In this document: positions 59,330 through 64,000 of the stretch, one piece after another
How positions within the stretch are numbered: position 1 is the first letter of the stretch
Layout of the letters: every line of letters starts with the position of its first letter
Assembly: GCA_049522695.1 (NCBI GenBank)
Contig: JBEKNP010000001.1
Coordinates: 4,261-68,260, forward strand
DNA: 64,000 nucleotides
Direction of reading: 5' to 3'
Source: Candidatus Bathyarchaeia archaeon
GTDB lineage: Archaea; Thermoproteota; Bathyarchaeia; Bathyarchaeales; Bathycorpusculaceae
The notes under the pieces: model-generated
The model's database searches: none
What the model was told of the DNA's origin: nothing
The model's input: only the letters and a program-made list of their open reading frames with translations
Program-made: the position numbers and the translations under genes

Positions 59330-59863
59330 AGTTTTTCGGCTAAAGCGTACAAATCGCCCTTTATACGTTTTTCTAAGCCTACAGGTATTATTAGTTTTAC
59401 CCTGCGTCCCAGAACAGCGGGCAAGGCTAAACCTATGTTTCCAGCTTTCGGGTGACCAATTAGGATAGCTGTTTGTTTATGCTCTAAATCCAAAGCATTT
59501 GCGCCTTTTAAGATAACGTCGCCTTCTTTGAGAGAGTCAACTACGTCCTCTATTGTTTTGCCTTTTTGCCAACCGCCTTGGGTTATCACTACGTTGCCTA
59601 GAAATCTGCTTTCGTCAGCTAGTTGCCCTTCCACAGTTACGGTTTTGTTCGGAGGCAGGGTTATTCCGCAGAAAAAATGTTTTCTAGAGAAATCATGAAA
59701 TTTTCTAGGTTTTTGGTATTTCTTCCGCGATGTAGCCGTTTGTTGTTCCAGCAACAGTTACGAGCGTGTCATCTTTAATCGCATTTAAAATTGCGGGGTA
59801 ATTTGCTAATGCTTTGGCGATTAAATGTTTTCCTGCAGAAGGTGTAATGAGGAACTGTTTCAC
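59330..59863 (-). pseudogene. Hypothetical gene, frameshifted and 3'-truncated by fusion into the speB remnant
   Basis: [18 protein letters not shown]...[10 protein letters not shown] then frameshift; LKGANAL and IIPVGLEK downstream. Confidence 0.6.
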
Positions 59864-59994
59864 TTCAGTTAACTCCTTTTTACACTTAGCGTGTATTCTG
59901 CAGTGAATTATAATAATTGCGATTTGAAGAAAGATGATAAAAAATAAAAAAAGAAAAATATAAAGACAAAGTTAAAGATGTTCAGCTGGTGAGC

Positions 59995-60135
59995 TTAATA
60001 TCTTCTTGGTGGTCTTCGTTTTGCGTAGCACTCACGGCAATAAACTGGCCTGGAGCCGTCTGGCTTGAAAGGAACGTCACATTCTTTTCCGCAGTCAGCG
60101 CAGGTTGCCTTGTGCATTTCTCTGTTATTATACAT
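59995..60135 (-). CDS. Stand-alone CxxC-x17-CxxC zinc-ribbon protein (46 aa, missing from ORF track)
   Basis: MYNNREMHKATCADCGKECDVPFKPDGSRPVYCRECYAKRRPPRRY; AGGAG RBS upstream. Confidence 0.88.
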   Translation of the reverse strand: MYNNREMHKATCADCGKECDVPFKPDGSRPVYCRECYAKRRPPRRY

Positions 60136-60162
60136 TCGCTATTTCAACTCCTACTACATTTG

Positions 60163-60218
60163 CTGTGCAAAAGTTGCTTCTTGCACAGTACCTTTAACGT
60201 GCTCTCCATGCTTATAAA
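60163..60218 (-). promoter_or_regulatory. TATA box plus 5'-leader hairpin of the CxxC-x17-CxxC gene
   Basis: TTTATAAG at 60218-60211; CTGTGCAA...TTGCACAG 8-bp stem at 60163-60188. Confidence 0.55.
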
Positions 60219-60491
60219 TTGAATGCTTACTATTTTTAGATTAAACATCAAATTGTTATTTCAAACCTTTTCTAAATAGAAAGGGCAAATAAAAAAGAGT
60301 ATTTTGAACATTGTTTCATTATGATAACTTAAGGTTTGAAATTTCCTTAAAAATTCAGGAAAAATGGCTTTTTTACATTCAAGCTAATATAGGTACTCCT
60401 CGTTATATTGTAGATATTCGAGATATTTGAGAGAAAGTATAAACACTTTGCCTGCTTTTTCTCTTAACTCTAATGATATGGGAGAGGGAAT

Positions 60492-61139
60492 TTGAGACAG
60501 AAAAAATCAACATTAGGAGAGCACATTGCTCTTCTTTCAGTAAAACACAACATTTACCCCTCTGAAGTCTTCCAGGCACTTATTAAAGCAAGAGACGACG
60601 GAAAAGCTGTCTGCGGCAACCTTGCAGTTGAATATCGGGGTAAGGTGAAAGATGAAATAATTTTTCTAATAAAAAAAGACAATAACGCTGTGGCTCAGTT
60701 CAGAGTTGATGAACAATTTCTGTTGAGGAAGGATAATCCGTTCGAAAGCTGGATGAGCACTGATAAAATATGCAAAAAAATCGCTAAACAAAATACAGAA
60801 TCAGTTTTCACTGCGATTCACGATTTGAGAGCTTGTATGAAAAGGGTTAACGTTAAGGCCGAGGTTCTCGAGATTCCTAAGCCAGTGCAGGTTCACACGC
60901 AGTTTGGCAATACTATCAGGGTAGTTAACGCTTTGGTTGGAGACGAAACAGGAAAAATCAAACTCTGCCTATGGGAAGGACAAATCAACTCTGTCGCTGT
61001 TGGAAACAGCATTGAAATAAAGAATTCACATATATGCGTTTTTAGAGGCGAGAAGCAACTGCGTCTTGGAAAAAAAGGAGTTATCAGCATATTACAAAGC
61101 CCTGCTGAAGTATTAAGCAGCAGAGTCACAGTAGGATAA
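60492..61139 (+). CDS. Single-stranded nucleic-acid-binding protein (C-terminal OB fold) with ~105-aa N-terminal domain
   Basis: VNVKAEVLE, VGDETGKIKLCLW, FRGEKQLRLGK. Confidence 0.82.
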   Translation: MRQKKSTLGEHIALLSVKHNIYPSEVFQALIKARDDGKAVCGNLAVEYRGKVKDEIIFLIKKDNNAVAQFRVDEQFLLRKDNPFESWMSTDKICKKIAKQNTESVFTAIHDLRACMKRVNVKAEVLEIPKPVQVHTQFGNTIRVVNALVGDETGKIKLCLWEGQINSVAVGNSIEIKNSHICVFRGEKQLRLGKKGVISILQSPAEVLSSRVTVG

Positions 61140-61222
61140 TCCATTACTTCTATTTCTTTTTGGAGGACTATTTTTATACATGAATTAAGCATTGCGTTGA
61201 AAGAAGTGAGGTCACCAATACT

Positions 61223-61870
61223 TTGACACTTATTGTTGATGACGCAGGCAGCGGTGACTTACTTTTCGGCGTAGTAGTCGGCGCTTACCGAGAAGAAACA
61301 GGTGAATTCAAATACGATTTGATCGACGTAAGGTTCTACCAAGAAATCTTCCGCGAAAAAGAGTACCTGCAAGAATCCTCACGCATCGTTTCTAAGCTTG
61401 TCGCATGGTTTAACCTCAAGCCGGAAGAGGAAATCCACATTTGTCAAGGTTGCATCTTTGACGTGGCCGCTGAGGAACTCCGCAAAGTTTACGGAGAAGA
61501 CCGCGTTAAACGAGTCAGAGTCGTTGGCGAAGCGCAGAGACTAACAGAAATTGCTTACCTGGATGAAATCCGTAACTTAGGCTACGAGCCATTAGCTGAA
61601 CGTGAAGAAAAAAGAGGCAAAAGCTTCTTTCACATGATGCGTTGGCTTAAAGACAACCCTGAAATGCTTCGTTACGCCAAGACAGGTTGGCCACGCCTCA
61701 AGAACTACCATTTGTTTAGTCAATATCACCAAGAGCCAGTTTACGCTGCAGTTTGTAGTGATTGTGGCTGTGAATGCAAAGTGCCGTTTCAACCTCGTGC
61801 AGATCGACCTGTGTACTGTCAGAAATGCTGGCTAGTCCACAAATCTAACAGGAACGGCGCAAAAAAATAA
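61223..61870 (+). CDS. RNase HII-like fold protein fused to C-terminal CxxC-x17-CxxC
   Basis: IVDDAGSG resembles the RNase HII GVDEAGRG motif; KTGW; CSDC-x17-CQKC. Confidence 0.6.
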   Translation: MTLIVDDAGSGDLLFGVVVGAYREETGEFKYDLIDVRFYQEIFREKEYLQESSRIVSKLVAWFNLKPEEEIHICQGCIFDVAAEELRKVYGEDRVKRVRVVGEAQRLTEIAYLDEIRNLGYEPLAEREEKRGKSFFHMMRWLKDNPEMLRYAKTGWPRLKNYHLFSQYHQEPVYAAVCSDCGCECKVPFQPRADRPVYCQKCWLVHKSNRNGAKK

Positions 61871-62026
61871 CGCATTAATCTTATCATTTAATACTTTGGG
61901 TACGTTTGATGCTGGACATGAACGTATTATTTGATTATAACTCAAGCGTGTATGTGCTTTTCTTCGGCTTCCTAGCCGCTGGGCAGTACTGTTGATTGCC
62001 CGCCGTAAAGCACCGACTAAACGGCG

Positions 62027-62209
62027 TCTGAAGGGTTAATTGCGGCAAAACTCAGAATGATTAAGGCAACCATGCCACCTGAACGCGCAAATAAAGACAA
62101 AGAAGATATTAAGGCAATTTTAGCCTTCACCAAATTGAATATTATCGCTGTCAGAAAATAGGCGCAAAAAGATAAAACACTTGAAATACTAGATGCTTTA
62201 ACCGCATAG
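62027..62209 (+). pseudogene. C-terminal remnant of a nucleotidyltransferase-fold (AbiEii-like) gene
   Basis: SEGLIAAKLRMIKATMPPERANKDKEDIKAIL with in-frame TAG; no start. Confidence 0.45.
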
Positions 62210-62257
62210 TTCTTAGGCTTGAATGCTTAAATATGCTTTTTACCTATTGTCTAGTGG

Positions 62258-62781
62258 TTGTGTTTTTGTTTGACTTCTAATAGTCATATCAAGCACGACG
62301 ATGTCGTTTGGTTGGGAAAGCTGTGGGTTGTCCCAGCGGCTATTATTCGCACGGTCACTGTTTTTGTGGTTGCAGTCCTATTTATCTGGCTTGAAATTTC
62401 CTTCGGCGTTTTTCATACTATTTTGCTGGATTACCAGTTTTTGCTTGGACGATTTTGACGTCCGTTGTTATTTGGCCGCTCAGCATGTTGGGGCTACTGG
62501 TTTTTTGGGCCTCCCATATTTATGTGCTACGGAATGATGGAATAGAAATTCGACGTGGCATCATTAGGTTGCATTCGTTTGTTGTCACGCCGATGGGTTT
62601 TCGAGATTTGCTAGTTTACCAGTCTGTTGGCGGCAGAATCTTTGGCAATGGAGATATAACGCTTAATTCTCAGGGTAAACGCCAAACCAAACTTTTGCGG
62701 GTCCGCTCATCATTCGCTGTAGCTGACACAATCCGGGACATAATGGGCAAGCCTCTTGTCCGTGTGGATACTCGCGTTTAG
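62258..62781 (+). pseudogene. Membrane protein with bacterial PH (bPH_2)-like domain, one frameshift
   Basis: VWLGKLWV...TM frame joins the AGLPVFAWTILT...GIEIRRGII...YQSVGGRIFGNGDI frame if a T is added near 62418. Confidence 0.6.
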
Positions 62782-63000
62782 AACATGCCGTTTTTATTTG
62801 CAGTTTGGGCGGAACAGGAGACATTACGTCGCAGTGCTCCACTAGCTTGCCATCTCCTGCTCGGAAGACTGCATCGCTTACAAGACATGTACTGAATGCA
62901 AGAAGCGCTGCTAATCTGCTCTCTATGTATATTCATGCATGTTACATATTCTTATAAGCAGATTTCACTGATGCTCAAAGCTCTAAAAGGAGGCGGAAAA

Positions 63001-63126
63001 ATGCTGAGTAGAGATTGTGATGGCTGCACGCTCCAGCACATGTGCAGTGAACGCTACAGGCGTGTAAGCAAAGACGAGAAAGTGTATTGTCCAGATGGAA
63101 CAGCCCATTTAGTAGACCAAAACTAA
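63001..63126 (+). CDS. Small Cys-rich protein (41 aa)
   Basis: MLSRDCDGCTLQHMCSERYRRVSKDEKVYCPDGTAHLVDQN; strong AGGAGG RBS upstream of ATG 63001. Confidence 0.6.
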   Translation: MLSRDCDGCTLQHMCSERYRRVSKDEKVYCPDGTAHLVDQN

Positions 63127-63216
63127 CCCTCAACCTTTCTTAATTTATTTCTGATCATTTTTGGGCAAAGGCAGAAATGTAAGCAATTTCTCAATTATTC
63201 GCTGCATGGTGATTGT

Positions 63217-63747
63217 GTGGATAAGGCGGATTTTTTGTTGTGGAGTCGCAAATACGATAAAAGCTTCGGTTGGCAGGCGCAGAGGGAGCGGGAGTTAGGC
63301 TCTAAATTTCGAAAGGCGAAAGCGTTAACACTGGCTGATTTAGCGCAAGTTGTTGAGTGGAAGTTCAAAGAAGCGCCTGAGAAGAAAACGCGGGTTTTAG
63401 CGTTAGTGGCTCGAAACGATGAGGCGGCTGTTAATCGTCTTTCAAGTCAAGCTCTAAGCATTCCTTCTTGCGAAGATGCCTATCGGATGAACTGTCTCAC
63501 GCTCTTGGAAGGCGTCAGTCCAGTGTTAGTCAGTGTTATCCTCGCGTTTTTTGACCCTAAACATTACGGCATCCTAGACGTAGCAGTATGGAAGGCGCTG
63601 CTTGGCAATCCACCGCCCAACCTGTTAACAACTCAGAATTACCTAAAACTGCTAACGGCAATAAGGAAAACAGCTGCCAAACAAAACCTCGACGTAAGAG
63701 TAATTGACAAAGCGCTCTACAAAAAAAGCCTCGACGAGTCAAGTTAA
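63217..63747 (+). CDS. Helix-hairpin-helix (HhH-GPD-like) protein, possible DNA glycosylase
   Basis: VVEWK, LTLLEGVSPVLVSVIL, DPKHYGILDVAVWKAL, IDKALY. Confidence 0.6.
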   Translation: MDKADFLLWSRKYDKSFGWQAQRERELGSKFRKAKALTLADLAQVVEWKFKEAPEKKTRVLALVARNDEAAVNRLSSQALSIPSCEDAYRMNCLTLLEGVSPVLVSVILAFFDPKHYGILDVAVWKALLGNPPPNLLTTQNYLKLLTAIRKTAAKQNLDVRVIDKALYKKSLDESS

Positions 63748-63861
63748 CTTAAACTTTAAATTTTTATTTTTGCTTCAGTATTGTTACTAGTTCTGGGAGG
63801 GTTACTGTCACTCAACTTGCCTTTCCCAACAAAAGAAAGAAAGGCACCTTAACCCCAAAAC

Positions 63862-64000
63862 TGCATGCATTGAACAGTAGCGGCGGATCACTGCGGTTTG
63901 ACGTCCAGACTCCGCCTGGAAGCCTCAAGCCCTACGCTCTTACCCGCGCCCCCTTGAGCGCATAACGTCCAAACTTAGGTTGCTCTCTCCCGAGCCTAGC
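63862..64000 (-). ncRNA. ffs: Signal recognition particle (7S) RNA, 3' portion; 5' part lies beyond the window
   Basis: Minus strand GCUAGG-CUC-GGGA-GAG-AGCAAC fits helix 8 (GNRA loop plus AGG/AGCA internal loop), followed by GGACGU..GCGCUCA.GGGGGCGCGGG as in archaeal helix 5; GC-rich and non-coding; 3' end approximate. Confidence 0.8.

Noticed and set aside
433-63742. Many short antisense or overlapping ORFs in the track (e.g. 1613-2056, 8283-8630, 18612-19046, 30597-30989, 41924-42373)
   Set aside because: They are shadows of well-supported genes on the other strand or frame and carry no motifs of their own
63862-64000. tRNA, 5S rRNA or RNase P RNA as the identity of the GC-rich end
   Set aside because: No cloverleaf/TPsiC motif and no RNase P P4 consensus; SRP helix 8 and helix 5 motifs fit instead

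Overview
Archaeal chromosome segment. Gene set and protein style fit a TACK lineage such as Bathyarchaeia, which is an inference. 1-4.6 kb: 3' end of a flippase and a dTDP-rhamnose operon. 4.7-12 kb: the conserved translation superoperon (rnp4-yhbY-rps19e-PDCD5-rpl39e-rpl31e-eIF6-rpl18a-pfdA-ftsY), interrupted by fprA plus an RnfC-like ferredoxin and by a ~950 bp spacer. 13-23 kb: housekeeping and metabolic genes (MFS, M24 peptidase, tungsten-family AOR + ferredoxin, Rqc2/NFACT, an EMC6-like membrane protein, radA). 23-55 kb: a large patchwork surface-glycan locus with UDP-GlcA/UDP-Xyl, GDP-Fuc, CDP-deoxysugar and amino-deoxy-HexNAc enzymes, glycosyltransferases and GT-C-like membrane proteins. 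Its 27-33 kb part holds three toxin-antitoxin modules, two with dead toxins, sitting among scars of a decayed duplicate ugd/uxs module, plus a duplicated NUDIX gene. Two homologous, inward-facing elements bracket 27.6-56.4 kb. Each has a 51-bp conserved block, a ~10-bp-periodic array and a truncated MPLxxxVTF (AbrB-like) gene. 55-64 kb: a pseudogene-rich zone, an RsmB/NOP2 methylase, a cluster of a CxxC-x17-CxxC protein, an SSB and an RNase HII-like protein, and the 3' half of the SRP (7S) RNA on the minus strand at the window edge. No CRISPR array, rRNA or tRNA was seen. All family calls come from motifs read by eye; no database searches were run.
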